63,172 nt of DNA. Source: a bacterium (lineage in GTDB: Bacteria > Babelota > Babeliae > Babelales > JAUWHS01). Positions 1 to 9,246 of this stretch are shown here, in pieces. Positions within the stretch are counted from its first letter, which is position 1. The number at the start of each line of letters is the position of its first letter. The notes beneath the pieces are model-generated. The model was not told the origin of the DNA and did not search any database. It saw only the letters and a program-made list of their open reading frames with translations. The DNA lies in assembly GCA_043818275.1 (NCBI GenBank), contig JBDRFY010000062.1, positions 1 to 63,172 of the forward strand. Direction: 5' to 3'. The position numbers were made by a program, and so were the translations under genes.

Positions 1-58
1 GTAGGGACGAAAGTTATTAGTCAATCGTGTTTAAGTCAATTAATTAATTTTTTTGTTT

Positions 59-1042
59 TTAGCGAGAAATACAACATTTTCTATTGAGTTCCATTAATTT
101 CCATTTTTTATTTTTCATTAACATAATATTTAAGATAACAATTATTTTTCTCATTATAGCTACAATTGCAACCTTAAATGCCTTTCCTTTTTCTCTAAGC
201 CTATCATAAAATTCTTTCAATCTTGGATTGCATCTTATCGCAGAAAGAGCTGCCATATACAGCAACTTCCGTGGCTGATTCCTTCCATGATTTATTCTAG
301 CCCTTCCAACAAACTGACCGCTTTCATTTGTTTGTGGAGCTAAGCCAACAAGAGATGAAATTTTTTTGCTGTCAACAGAACCAATCTCCGGAAGACTCGC
401 AATTATTCCCTGAGCAGTTTCATTTCCTATGCCAGGCATAGATTCTAAAATTTCTTTTTTATTTTTAAGCGTATTATTTGCTTTAATAATATTTGTAATT
501 TCTTTATCAAGTTTTTCAATTTGACGATCAAGATATTTAACATGCTTTGTTATTTCCATTTTTATTTTCATATTCATCTTTTTTTCAAATCTGTTTTTTT
601 CAGAAGAACGTATAAATTTTAATTCTTGTTTTCTAATAAAGAGATCATTCAACTCTATGTTTCTTGTGTTTATTGGTTCAATGTTTTCAGAGCATTCATT
701 AGCAGAAAATCTTGCTATTAAAAGAGCATCTATTGCATCTGTTTTTGCGGCTCTTCCTTGAGCAAAACGAAAGTCGCGAATTCGTTTTGGATTAACCAAA
801 TAAACTTTATATCTTTCACCTAAAATAAAAATGGCTAAACGTTCATAACCACCAGATGCTTCAAGTGTAATTTTTACGACATCATAATCCATTAATTGCT
901 TTAAAAGGATATTGAGACCGTTTTTTGTATTTTCAATGCGAACCTTTTTGCTGCTTGGATAAAAGCAAATATCCAAATATTTCTTAGAAACATCGACTCC
1001 AACAAAAGTTTTTGTTATGTTTTTCATGGTATTTTTCCTCAT
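59..1042 (-). CDS. IS110-family transposase/recombinase (DEDD N-terminal domain plus C-terminal domain)
   Basis: 327 aa. The N-terminus VGVDVSKKYLDICF and the C-terminal LESMPGIGNETAQGIIASLPEIG ... GLAPQTNESG are typical of IS110/IS116/IS902 transposases. Confidence 0.85.
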   Translation of the reverse strand: MRKNTMKNITKTFVGVDVSKKYLDICFYPSSKKVRIENTKNGLNILLKQLMDYDVVKITLEASGGYERLAIFILGERYKVYLVNPKRIRDFRFAQGRAAKTDAIDALLIARFSANECSENIEPINTRNIELNDLFIRKQELKFIRSSEKNRFEKKMNMKIKMEITKHVKYLDRQIEKLDKEITNIIKANNTLKNKKEILESMPGIGNETAQGIIASLPEIGSVDSKKISSLVGLAPQTNESGQFVGRARINHGRNQPRKLLYMAALSAIRCNPRLKEFYDRLREKGKAFKVAIVAIMRKIIVILNIMLMKNKKWKLMELNRKCCISR

Positions 1043-1055
1043 GCTTGTAATGCGA

Positions 1056-1178
1056 TTTGAAAATCATTCAATCGTTCGAGGTAGAAATACTTACTGGTAG
1101 GTCTCTGACTAAGCGCGACATTTATTGTCAAGCCTCGGACGAGCTCCTACCAGCCCTATTAATTTAATGATTTCAAAA
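1056..1178 (-). ncRNA. Candidate structured RNA (bridge-RNA-like) in the IS110 non-coding end
   Basis: Nested inverted repeats lie directly upstream of the recombinase ATG. The outer pair is tttgaaaatcatt (1056-1068) with aatgatttcaaaa (1166-1178). The inner 8-bp stem is ctggtagg (1094-1101) with cctaccag (1146-1153). Confidence 0.3.
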
Positions 1179-1219
1179 TTTATATATCGTTACAATAATT
1201 TGATATAATGTACAACATA

Positions 1220-1452
1220 CAAGCCTCGGGTGAGGAGCGAAGCGACGTAACCGGTGGTATAAAAAAATCACCCCCATAACAAAGCCCCATTTATGGGGCG
1301 ACAAAATAAAGCGCTCAACGGCTTAAAAGCCGTTGTATCAGCGCGGAATTCTTCTGCATCCTTCGCATAAAGCTTCGGAGCACCCTGCGAAGTTTTACAC
1401 GAAGAAGGGGGAGCCAACCCTACTTCGCTAAAGCTTCGGAGGACAAGAAAGC
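1220..1452. repeat. Mosaic of GC-rich hairpin repeat modules
   Basis: agcctcgggt..aaccggtgg resembles the family-2 module. Hairpins are gccccatttatggggc and caacggcttaaaagccgttg. The words catccttcgc, cttcgctaaagcttcgg and gcttcggaggacaag recur elsewhere in the window (32771-32856, 45213-45450, 51483-51497, 58359-58374). Confidence 0.7.
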
Positions 1453-2247
1453 CTAGGGTATTCTGGCGAAGTAGAATAAAAAACTTTCGAAAAAGAAAAA
1501 CAGAACTGAACCTAAAGCTAAAAATGGGCCGAATGGAATTTTGGCCCGTTTGTTTTTTGCAAAAAAATATAAATAAATTGCTCCAATCAAAGTTCCGGTT
1601 AAAGATGCGATAAGTAAAGAAAACCAAACGGCAACGGGCCCTAAAAATGCTCCAATCATACATAAAAGTTCCATGTCACCAACGCCAAGGCCTTCTTTTT
1701 TTGTAAAAAATTTAAACAGTGTTGCAATAATCCATAAAATAAAATAACCAAAAATTGCGCCAATCAAACTTTGATAAAAATTAAGTTTCAAAAATCCTAA
1801 ATAAGAAAAAGTTAATGCAACAGGCACGAGCCAAAGAGAAAATAATTGCGGAATTACCATTGCCTGCAAATCAGTGCGGGTTGCAACAATTAATGCTGTA
1901 AAAAAAATAAAATACGAAATGAAATAAAAAACATTTTGCGGATAACTTAAATTCAAATTAATTGTATGAATTGTTAAGCCCAGCATTAAAATTAAAGTTA
2001 GCAATTCAATGAATGGATACAAAATCGAAATTCTTGTTTTGCATTTTCTGCATTTAGCGCGCAATAAAATCCAGGATAAAATTGGAATATTATCATAAAA
2101 AGCAATTTGATAATCACATTTTGGGCAATGTGAACGTTTTCGTAAAAAAGGTAAATCTGAAACAATTCTAAATGCTACAACGTTTAAAAATGATCCCCAA
2201 CAAAGAAATAAAAAAGAGAGAAAAATTAAAAAAATGATTTCAAACAT
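1453..2247 (-). CDS. pilD: Prepilin peptidase (type IV leader peptidase/N-methyltransferase, A24 family)
   Basis: Multi-TM protein with the CPKCDYQIAFYDNIPILSW...CRKCKTRIS zinc motif and the GVGDMELL aspartyl-protease motif. Confidence 0.8.
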   Translation of the reverse strand: MFEIIFLIFLSFLFLCWGSFLNVVAFRIVSDLPFLRKRSHCPKCDYQIAFYDNIPILSWILLRAKCRKCKTRISILYPFIELLTLILMLGLTIHTINLNLSYPQNVFYFISYFIFFTALIVATRTDLQAMVIPQLFSLWLVPVALTFSYLGFLKLNFYQSLIGAIFGYFILWIIATLFKFFTKKEGLGVGDMELLCMIGAFLGPVAVWFSLLIASLTGTLIGAIYLYFFAKNKRAKIPFGPFLALGSVLFFFFESFLFYFARIP

Positions 2248-2250
2248 AGC

Positions 2251-3270
2251 TTATTCTTTAATCCCGGCTTTGACTAAATCATGAATATGAACAAGGCCAA
2301 CAACTTTTTGCCCCTGCAAAACAACCAGACTTGTAATATTAAAATCTTCCATAATTTTTAATGCATGAAGCGCCAAACTTCCCGCCTGAATTGTTTTTGG
2401 ATTTTCATGCATGATATCACCGGCAGTGTTATCAAAAACTTTTTTGCCTTCAGCGCAAGCTCGACGTAAATCACCATCTGTTATTATTCCAAGCAAATTT
2501 TGTTGATCATCTGTAACAATTCCTGTTCCCAATTTTTTAGATGTGATTTTCAACACTAGATCAATAAATGAATCATTTTGATTAACCAATGGCAAACTTT
2601 TACCAGAATACATAAAAGAATTTATCGTCAATAAAAGACGTTTTCCCAGCGCGCCCGCCGGATGAAAACGAGCAAAATCATTTTTTGTAAAATTATTAAT
2701 TTTACTTACAACGACCGCCAAAGCATCACCAAAAGCCATCATCAAAGTTGAGCTACTTGTTGGCGCCAAATTTAATTCGCAGGCTTCTTTTTTAAAAGGA
2801 AGGACAACACGCATGTCAACCAGAGAAGAAAGTTTTCCTTCCCCGCAACAAATAAGGCATGATTTAATATTTTGCGAATGCAAAACTGAAATAATTATTT
2901 CAAGTTCAGAGCCAGTCCCACTTTTCGACAAAGCAATTAAAAAATCTCCCGGTTGAATTAAGCCAATATCGCCATGCAATGCTTCAGCCGGATGTAAAAA
3001 AATAGATGGGATTCCTAAACTGACAAAAGTTGCAACAAGCTTTTTACCAACATGTCCTGATTTTCCCATACCGGAAAAAACAATTCTTCCTGATGCGTTA
3101 ATAATTTTTTGAACTAAAATTTCAGATTCATCAGGAAGATTATTTGCAACGTAATTTATCGCTTCTGATTCGTTTAATAAAACAGAAATTAATTCATTTT
3201 TGATATTTAAAGATAAATTTGATTGTTTTTTTAAAACATTTTTTTGAAATATACCCTCAACTTTTTCCAC
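2251..3270 (-). CDS. kdsD: Arabinose-5-phosphate isomerase (KpsF/GutQ family; SIS domain plus two CBS domains)
   Basis: SIS motif GMGKSGHVGKKLVATFVSLGIPS..LHPAEALHGDIG, with a C-terminal CBS pair. Confidence 0.85.
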   Translation of the reverse strand: MEKVEGIFQKNVLKKQSNLSLNIKNELISVLLNESEAINYVANNLPDESEILVQKIINASGRIVFSGMGKSGHVGKKLVATFVSLGIPSIFLHPAEALHGDIGLIQPGDFLIALSKSGTGSELEIIISVLHSQNIKSCLICCGEGKLSSLVDMRVVLPFKKEACELNLAPTSSSTLMMAFGDALAVVVSKINNFTKNDFARFHPAGALGKRLLLTINSFMYSGKSLPLVNQNDSFIDLVLKITSKKLGTGIVTDDQQNLLGIITDGDLRRACAEGKKVFDNTAGDIMHENPKTIQAGSLALHALKIMEDFNITSLVVLQGQKVVGLVHIHDLVKAGIKE

Positions 3271-3277
3271 AAACGCC

Positions 3278-3661
3278 TCAATCCTCGTCTTCTTCCCCTA
3301 GCTCTTCATGAATTTTTTCTAACAACTCCTCCATCTTTTGGACCTTTTCCTGTTTCTCATCAAACCTGAAAACTAAATCGGGAGCGTATCGTAATTTTAA
3401 ACTTTTAGCTAACACAGAACGCATTGAAGGTTTGTAAAGTTTTAGAATTTCAAGAGCTTCATCGAAATCTTTTTTACCATTAAAACCGGCAAAATAAATA
3501 TAACAAATTCCGGAATCAGCCGAAAGCTCAACTCTTGTTACAAAAACTTTTAAGACTACTGGTTCATCCTGAGATATTTTTTGAATAAAAGAAGACACTT
3601 CCCTTAGGAAAAGTGCCTTTTTTTTCTCGCGTTTAATTTCGCTTAATCTGGTTCTATTCAT
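3278..3661 (-). CDS. rbfA: Ribosome-binding factor A
   Basis: 127 aa, RbfA-like sequence (VTRVELSADSGICYIYF) with an acidic tail. Confidence 0.75.
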   Translation of the reverse strand: MNRTRLSEIKREKKKALFLREVSSFIQKISQDEPVVLKVFVTRVELSADSGICYIYFAGFNGKKDFDEALEILKLYKPSMRSVLAKSLKLRYAPDLVFRFDEKQEKVQKMEELLEKIHEELGEEDED

Positions 3662-3690
3662 TAGAAATTATTAATTAATTAACGAATTAA

Positions 3691-3900
3691 TTAATTAAAC
3701 TCATTTGAAATTTGTTTAAGAACGGTATTTTTGATCGCGCGCATAAGACGTTTGCGTCTTTTTTGAGTTGGCGGTTCATGATAAACAAGACGTTTCATAT
3801 CACGAATAACACCTTCACGTTCAATTTTTTTCTTAAGCTGTCTCAAACTTTTTTCAATATTATCTGAAACCTGTATTTCTATGTTTACAGATTTTGTCAT
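3691..3900 (-). CDS. rpsU: 30S ribosomal protein S21
   Basis: 69 aa basic protein; SLRQLKKKIEREGVIRDMKRLVYHEPPTQKRRKR is typical of S21. Confidence 0.85.
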   Translation of the reverse strand: MTKSVNIEIQVSDNIEKSLRQLKKKIEREGVIRDMKRLVYHEPPTQKRRKRLMRAIKNTVLKQISNEFN

Positions 3901-3988
3901 TTAAATCGACCGCCTTCCAAAGCATTTTACGGGTTAAAAACGATTAACGAATGAACAAATCATAAGGGAAATGAGTTTTTTTGTCAAT

Positions 3989-4023
3989 CCTTCGAGACGC
4001 TTCGCTCCTCAGGATGAACGGAG
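3989..4023 (+). repeat. GC-rich family-1 module (CCTTCGAG...CTCAGGATGAACGG)
   Basis: ccttcgagacgcttcgctcctcaggatgaacggag. The same termini occur at 52360-52406, 58709-58755, 19484-19534 (reverse complement), 22598-22688 (reverse complement) and in the MITE arms at 7531/7671 and 57133/57272. Confidence 0.8.
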
Positions 4024-5538
4024 TTAAAAATTGAGTTTAACGGTTCCCATGATTGTTGTTGTACGATAAATTCTTATTCCACTCAACACAGTTTGAAAAG
4101 AGGCCGCAATCTCTATTCCTGGCGCGATTTGATAATCAAGCCCAGAAAAAATATTTAAAGTTCTCCAGCTTGATTCAATCCGATATTTTTCTTTTTCAAA
4201 TAAATCTTCATTTTTCTTGCCATCTGTACGATTTTCAGTAAAAGTTACTGAATCTTTTTCATGTTGTGTATGAATCAGATCAAAGTAAAAAGACAATGAA
4301 TCTAAAAAATTTTCCGCTTTAAATGAAGCATTTGCATACCATGTAACACCTGGTTGTTTTTTAATGTCAGCCACCCATGGATAAATTCCATACTGATATA
4401 AACTTTATGGAATATGAACATTTTTTAGTTCTCTATGGTTAAAAAATGCCGCGCCAAGACCAAATGCAAGTTGAACTGTACCAGGAAAATCCATATTTAA
4501 TGAACCTTGTAACGTCAAACCTGTATAACCATCGTTACCTGTAGCCAAAGAAAATAAATAATCCTCTTTCTTTTTAGCTCCAGTCGGCGCCCAAACACCA
4601 ATAGAAAAAATCGGAATAAATGACATAACATGATCGCCATCTTCGTCACTCAAATGAATTGGATAATTAAAATAAGCTTCAACATGTGTATCTTCCATGC
4701 AAGTTTTGCTATAGCTATCGGCATCTAAATTTACTTCCCCTAAAATATTTTTTAATTTTTGTTCGTTAGTTAAATAACGCTGAATCAAAATAATAGATGA
4801 ATCAGTTACAACTTGTTTACTGGTTTTATCATTAAAAGTTGGATCCTGATGATAATAACAAATGCCAGTTTTTAAATTCATTCCAAACCATTTAAAAAAA
4901 TCAAAATTAAACTTCGAACGTAAACCTAATTTTTCAAAATCAATTGGGACAGAAACGCGACCAAAATATTCACTTTCTTCAAAATTATCAACATCAGTAA
5001 AATTTGTATTTAATACAGGAATTGGTGAAGTCGCAGTTGAATTTGCCTGAGAATCATTATTTTCTAACGCTGTAAAAGGAGGACTTGCAACTTGCGTATT
5101 TGCATTTGCATCCAGAACAACATTTGCCAAAGCTAAAGTTTGATAATAAAGTCCAGCTCCAACATCAGTTCGCAAATTATAACCCGTAAATTGTAAATCA
5201 TAGGGTTTATCGACAGGAGATGAATTAGGAGATTTTTGTACACCATAAAACAATCCCAACATATTCCAGGTGCCAAGCCGATCGCCTTCACCTAACTTAA
5301 AATCACTGTCTTTTCTGTTTCCATTCAGACCACGGCAACCGGAAGAATGTTGATAATATGGAGATAACGCAAAACTAAACCAGGGTTGTTTTTTCTTTGA
5401 ATAATATTTATCTGTTCCTTTAAAATCATAAAAAATTGCGGAATCGTAATAACTGTTCATCGGAACAGAAAATAAATTGGGAAACAAAATAAAAAATAAA
5501 ATAAAAAATGTTATTTTTTTTAATAACTTAATTTTCAT
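4024..5538 (-). pseudogene. Outer-membrane beta-barrel protein paralog interrupted by one in-frame TAA (4405..4407)
   Basis: ORFs 4405..5538 and 4024..4374 share one frame and are collinear with the intact 515-aa paralog at 5898..7445. Compare HIP*SLYQYGIYPWVADIKKQPG with VPSSMYQYGIYPWKTDIKKQPG. Confidence 0.7.
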
Positions 5539-5608
5539 AAATCCCCCTTTCTCCAGAAAAACTCATGTTTGTCAATTAATCAAAGTTGCTATTTTTGAAA
5601 ATTCTAAC

Positions 5609-5826
5609 AAACCCCGTAGGGGTTATAGATAATAGCCTCGGGTTTTAACCAGTGGATATAAAGATACATCAATCTCCGCTCCACCCCATTTCATGGGGTG
5701 AAAGAAATATTTAAAACTTTTATCAAATAATTCTTTCGTACCATAAAATGGCACGATATTATATGGTTAAATTTTCAACCACGGGTTAAAACCCGAGGCT
5801 ATTATCTCCAGTCCCTAACGGGACTT
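5609..5826. repeat. Family-2 composite element: two about 46-nt GC-rich modules in inverted orientation flanking an AT-rich core
   Basis: The left module is aaccccgtaggggttatagataatagcctcgggttttaaccagtgg. The right module is ccacgggttaaaacccgaggctattatctccagtccctaacgggac. The interior carries the hairpins caccccatttcatggggtg and cgtaccataaaatggcacg. A second copy lies at 51256..51515. Confidence 0.8.
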
Positions 5827-5897
5827 AAGAATATTTTTTAAAGCACAACTAAACTTACAAACTAATATGGCGAATTTTGATATGAAAGGTAAATAAT

Positions 5898-7445
5898 CTA
5901 GAAATTAAGTGTCATTGACCCTAGGATGGTAGTAGTTCTGTAAACCCGGGCGCCGCTAATAAGAGACTGAAATGAAATGCCAATACTACAAGCCGGCGCA
6001 ACTTTATAATCAAGCCCCATAAAAATATGTTCCGCTCTCCAACTTGATTCATCTATCATTTTTTGTGGCTTAAAATATGCATTATCCTGTTTGAGCTCAA
6101 TTGTATCTTTTCGATGTTCTGTATGAATTAAATCAAAATAAAATGAAAAGCCTTCTATAAAAATTTGCCCCATCATAGAAAAATTTGCGTACCATGTAGC
6201 CCCTGGTTGTTTTTTAATATCTGTTTTCCATGGATAAATTCCATATTGATACATGCTTGATGGCACCCTCTGATTTTCCAAATCTTTTTTTTCAAAATAA
6301 GCGCCACCCAAACCAAAACCTAGCTGAATAGTTCCAGGAAAATCCAAATTTAATGAACCATCAACTGTCAAACCAAGAAATCCATCATTTCCGGTTGGCA
6401 AAGAAAAAGCATAATCCTGTTTAAAATTTGATCCTGATGGAGCCCAAACTCCAACAGCAAGAATAGGGATAAATGTAACCTCTAATTCGCTATCTTTTCC
6501 CTCTAGTTTAATTGGATAATTCATACTAAATTCAATATGTGTATCTTCCATCGCAGTTTTGCTATATCGGTTAACATCAAGGCCAACCTCATTTGCGATA
6601 GCTTCAATTTTTTCTTCATCGGTTAAATAAGTCTGAACTAAAGTTTTACTTTTTTCTGTTGCATTAGGAAAACTCTGATACCATTTACCTTGTTGTCCTG
6701 AAGTTTTATCAACAAATGTTGGTCGCTGCTTGTAATAACAAACACCTGTTTTTACATTCGCGCCAAAATATTGTCCAAAAACAAAATTCAGTTTTGAACG
6801 TAAACCAATTTTTTCAAAATCAATTGGAACAGAAAGTCTGCCAAATTTATCATCAACATCAAAATTTGTTTCATCCGTGAAATTATAAAGTATTTTATCC
6901 GCAGAATCCGGGCCTGTTGCTAAATCAACTTTATCTATTACAGACTCATCAATTTCTTTTTGGGTAAAAACGGTTAACGAAGTTGCATCATTTTTAATTT
7001 TTGTGGCAGTGTCACCATCTACAACAACTCCTGATAAAACTAAATCAGGATATCGCAAATAACGTTGATAATCTCCGGATGGAGGAGTATTAACTTCCAG
7101 TTCTCCCTGAATTAATTCAAATTTATTATCGGTTGGAGAAGCATCCCGACCGTAAAATAATCCCAGCATATTCCACCAACCCAAACGATCACCTTCTCCC
7201 CAATTATTATTATCCGCATCTTTTCTGGTTCCATTCCAACCACGACAGCCGGAAACACATTGCATGTAAGGAGAAATATCGAAAGTAAACCAGGGTTGTT
7301 TTTTGAAATAATATTTATCCACACCGCGAACATTATAAAAAATTGCCTGATCATAAAAATTGTTTAAAGGCAAAGAAAATAACTCTGAAACAATAAACGT
7401 TGAAAGAAATAAAACTAAACAGAAAGTTTTTTTAATGAACTTCAT
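5898..7445 (-). CDS. Outer-membrane beta-barrel protein (lineage-specific family, signal peptide, C-terminal Phe)
   Basis: 515 aa with an N-terminal signal peptide, alternating beta-strand-like segments and the terminal ...TTTILGSMTLNF. It is a paralog of 4024..5538. Confidence 0.6.
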   Translation of the reverse strand: MKFIKKTFCLVLFLSTFIVSELFSLPLNNFYDQAIFYNVRGVDKYYFKKQPWFTFDISPYMQCVSGCRGWNGTRKDADNNNWGEGDRLGWWNMLGLFYGRDASPTDNKFELIQGELEVNTPPSGDYQRYLRYPDLVLSGVVVDGDTATKIKNDATSLTVFTQKEIDESVIDKVDLATGPDSADKILYNFTDETNFDVDDKFGRLSVPIDFEKIGLRSKLNFVFGQYFGANVKTGVCYYKQRPTFVDKTSGQQGKWYQSFPNATEKSKTLVQTYLTDEEKIEAIANEVGLDVNRYSKTAMEDTHIEFSMNYPIKLEGKDSELEVTFIPILAVGVWAPSGSNFKQDYAFSLPTGNDGFLGLTVDGSLNLDFPGTIQLGFGLGGAYFEKKDLENQRVPSSMYQYGIYPWKTDIKKQPGATWYANFSMMGQIFIEGFSFYFDLIHTEHRKDTIELKQDNAYFKPQKMIDESSWRAEHIFMGLDYKVAPACSIGISFQSLISGARVYRTTTILGSMTLNF

Positions 7446-7530
7446 TACAATATCTCCTGAATAAATTTATCCTAACTCAACCGCTATAAGATTTAAGATA
7501 AATTAATATAAATCTATTAGAAAAAAACTT

Positions 7531-7702
7531 CCCCCCGCTCGCCCTGAGCGTAGTCGAAGGGTTTAATCAGCTACTTAGTCTAACCAGCCTTTTATTGAAT
7601 TGTAAATTTTTATTGCAGAGAAATTTACAACGTCAATAATTCTTATTGCTTTTCAATTACCGCTCGATATCCTTCGACTACGCTCAGGACGAGCGATTGG
7701 GG
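7531..7702. repeat. MITE-like element, about 170 bp, with GC-rich terminal inverted repeats made of family-1 modules
   Basis: The left arm is ccccccgctcgccctgagcgtagtcgaaggg. The right arm is ccttcgactacgctcaggacgagcgattgggg. The AT-rich interior shares ttattgaattNtaaatttttatt with the copy at 57133..57303. Confidence 0.8.
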
Positions 7703-7789
7703 TTAATATTCTAAGAATGAATTCAAAAGAAGCTTACTCGGCTTAAAAATAATACCTGTCTTTTATATCATTAGCAAAAACTTCCGGTC

Positions 7790-7827
7790 AACAATAAAAA
7801 GAAAAGGCGTTCGCAAATGCGAACGCC
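7790..7827 (-). terminator. Rho-independent terminator downstream of the permease gene
   Basis: A 10-bp stem, ggcgttcgca/tgcgaacgcc (7806-7827), is followed on the minus strand by a T-rich run. Confidence 0.7.
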
Positions 7828-7854
7828 CGAACAATTTAATTAATAAATTAAAAT

Positions 7855-9057
7855 TTAATTTAATAATCCTACAATTACTTCAAATGCACTCAATCCTGAA
7901 AAATAAATCATTATTCCACCGCCAAAAAGTGCGATCAAAGTAATAACAATATTCTGTTTTTTCTTTTTGGCAAACAATAAAGACATAATGGAAAGTGTAT
8001 AAGCGGGAACAATGAAAAAAGCAACAATTGCAACTAGACTTTCACCTCGCGCAAGAATTGCTGAAAGTAAAACTATGGCTGTGCAAACCAACACTGATAC
8101 TTTTTCATTCCAAAAACTCTTTTTAAATAAAGTTTTTACAAAACCAGCTTTTGTTTTTTGCAAAACACTGGTTAAAAGTTCACTTATTGCCCAGACAACC
8201 GAATGTAAAGTTCCAACAATTCCAAAAATTGCGCCCGTTGTTACAAGCCAGGCTAAAATTCTATATTTTGGATAAGCTGCCAGCAAAACATCAACAAGCG
8301 GAACATTAATTCCACCAGCAAAATATTGGCTTGGAATAGAATATAAAAAACCAAAAACGAATGTAAAATAAAGTATTCCTACCGCAATCACCGAATAAAT
8401 AAGAGCTTTTGGAACATTTTTTTGTGGATCTTTAACAATTGAATACAAGGAACAAACACATTCAAAACCCAAAAATGAAAATAATAAAGAAGGACCGGCT
8501 CTAAAAATTGGCATAATTCCATTTGGCGCAAAAGGAGTTAAAGTAGCGATATCAAAATTTAACCAGCCAAAAAGACCTGAAAGAAAAAGTCCTGTGATAA
8601 CCAACACAGCAATTAAATATTGCGCCCAGGATGAAGTTTTTGCCCCTGCCAAAATTAAAATCATTAAAATTAAAAGAATATAAATTCCAAGTGGCTGAAC
8701 AGGAATAAATGGAATAACTTTATGAACCCAAATTCCAGCCTGCTGAACTAAAACTCCCATAGCAAGCAAAAGACCGATAATGTATCCAAAAGAAGAAATT
8801 AATCCAACAATATGTCCACCCCAGGTTGATGGATAAAGATAACTCCATCCAGATCCAGGAAACGTTTCAGCTGCGCGTCCCAAAGACAAACCCATTGAAA
8901 TTACTAAAACAATACTTAAAAGAAGAGTTAAAATACTTGCGGGACCAACTAAAGAACTTAAAATTGCCGGCATCAGTAAAACACCAGCTCCAACCATAGC
9001 GTTAAAAGCTATAACCGCCGCCGCTGTCATACTTATTTTCTGCTCACCATTACTCAT
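7855..9057 (-). CDS. Amino acid permease (APC superfamily)
   Basis: 400 aa with about 11-12 predicted TM helices and an APC-like N-terminus (AAAVIAFNAMVGAGVLLMPA). Confidence 0.65.
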   Translation of the reverse strand: MSNGEQKISMTAAAVIAFNAMVGAGVLLMPAILSSLVGPASILTLLLSIVLVISMGLSLGRAAETFPGSGWSYLYPSTWGGHIVGLISSFGYIIGLLLAMGVLVQQAGIWVHKVIPFIPVQPLGIYILLILMILILAGAKTSSWAQYLIAVLVITGLFLSGLFGWLNFDIATLTPFAPNGIMPIFRAGPSLLFSFLGFECVCSLYSIVKDPQKNVPKALIYSVIAVGILYFTFVFGFLYSIPSQYFAGGINVPLVDVLLAAYPKYRILAWLVTTGAIFGIVGTLHSVVWAISELLTSVLQKTKAGFVKTLFKKSFWNEKVSVLVCTAIVLLSAILARGESLVAIVAFFIVPAYTLSIMSLLFAKKKKQNIVITLIALFGGGIMIYFSGLSAFEVIVGLLN

Positions 9058-9246
9058 AAAAACCTCTTAAGTTTTTGTGGTTAAAAAATGGAAACGCTTC
9101 ACAAGGTGCTACTATAGCAATTTATTGAAACAAAAACTATTAAAAATAATTTGTGAAATAAAATTTCACTGGATGTTTTTCAAAAATAGTGTAAAAAAAT
9201 AAGACCTTTTAATTTTTGAAAATATAAAAATTTATTTGGAGCTTAA

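Larger units (their letters stand above)
1..1220 (-). mobile_element. IS110-family insertion sequence (ends not resolved; one end may lie outside the window)
   Basis: Contains the IS110-type transposase ORF at 59..1042 plus about 180 nt of structured non-coding DNA upstream of its start. This family has no obvious terminal inverted repeats, so the boundaries are uncertain. Confidence 0.5.

Noticed and set aside
1268-1663. 131-aa minus-strand ORF spanning the GC-rich island and the 3' end of pilD
   Set aside because: It overlaps the well-supported pilD ORF. Its unique part is a read-through of dispersed repeat modules (peptides such as FSEVGLAPPSSCKTSQGAPKLYAKDAEEF) and has no start context. 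It is treated as an artefact.
4405-4407. TAA as a recoded or readthrough codon, or an alternative genetic code
   Set aside because: TAA terminates many conserved genes in this window at their expected ends (for example rpoB, rpmG and the IS110 transposase). TGG encodes Trp and TGA is also used as a stop. The standard bacterial code fits, so a nonsense mutation or a sequencing error is the simpler explanation.
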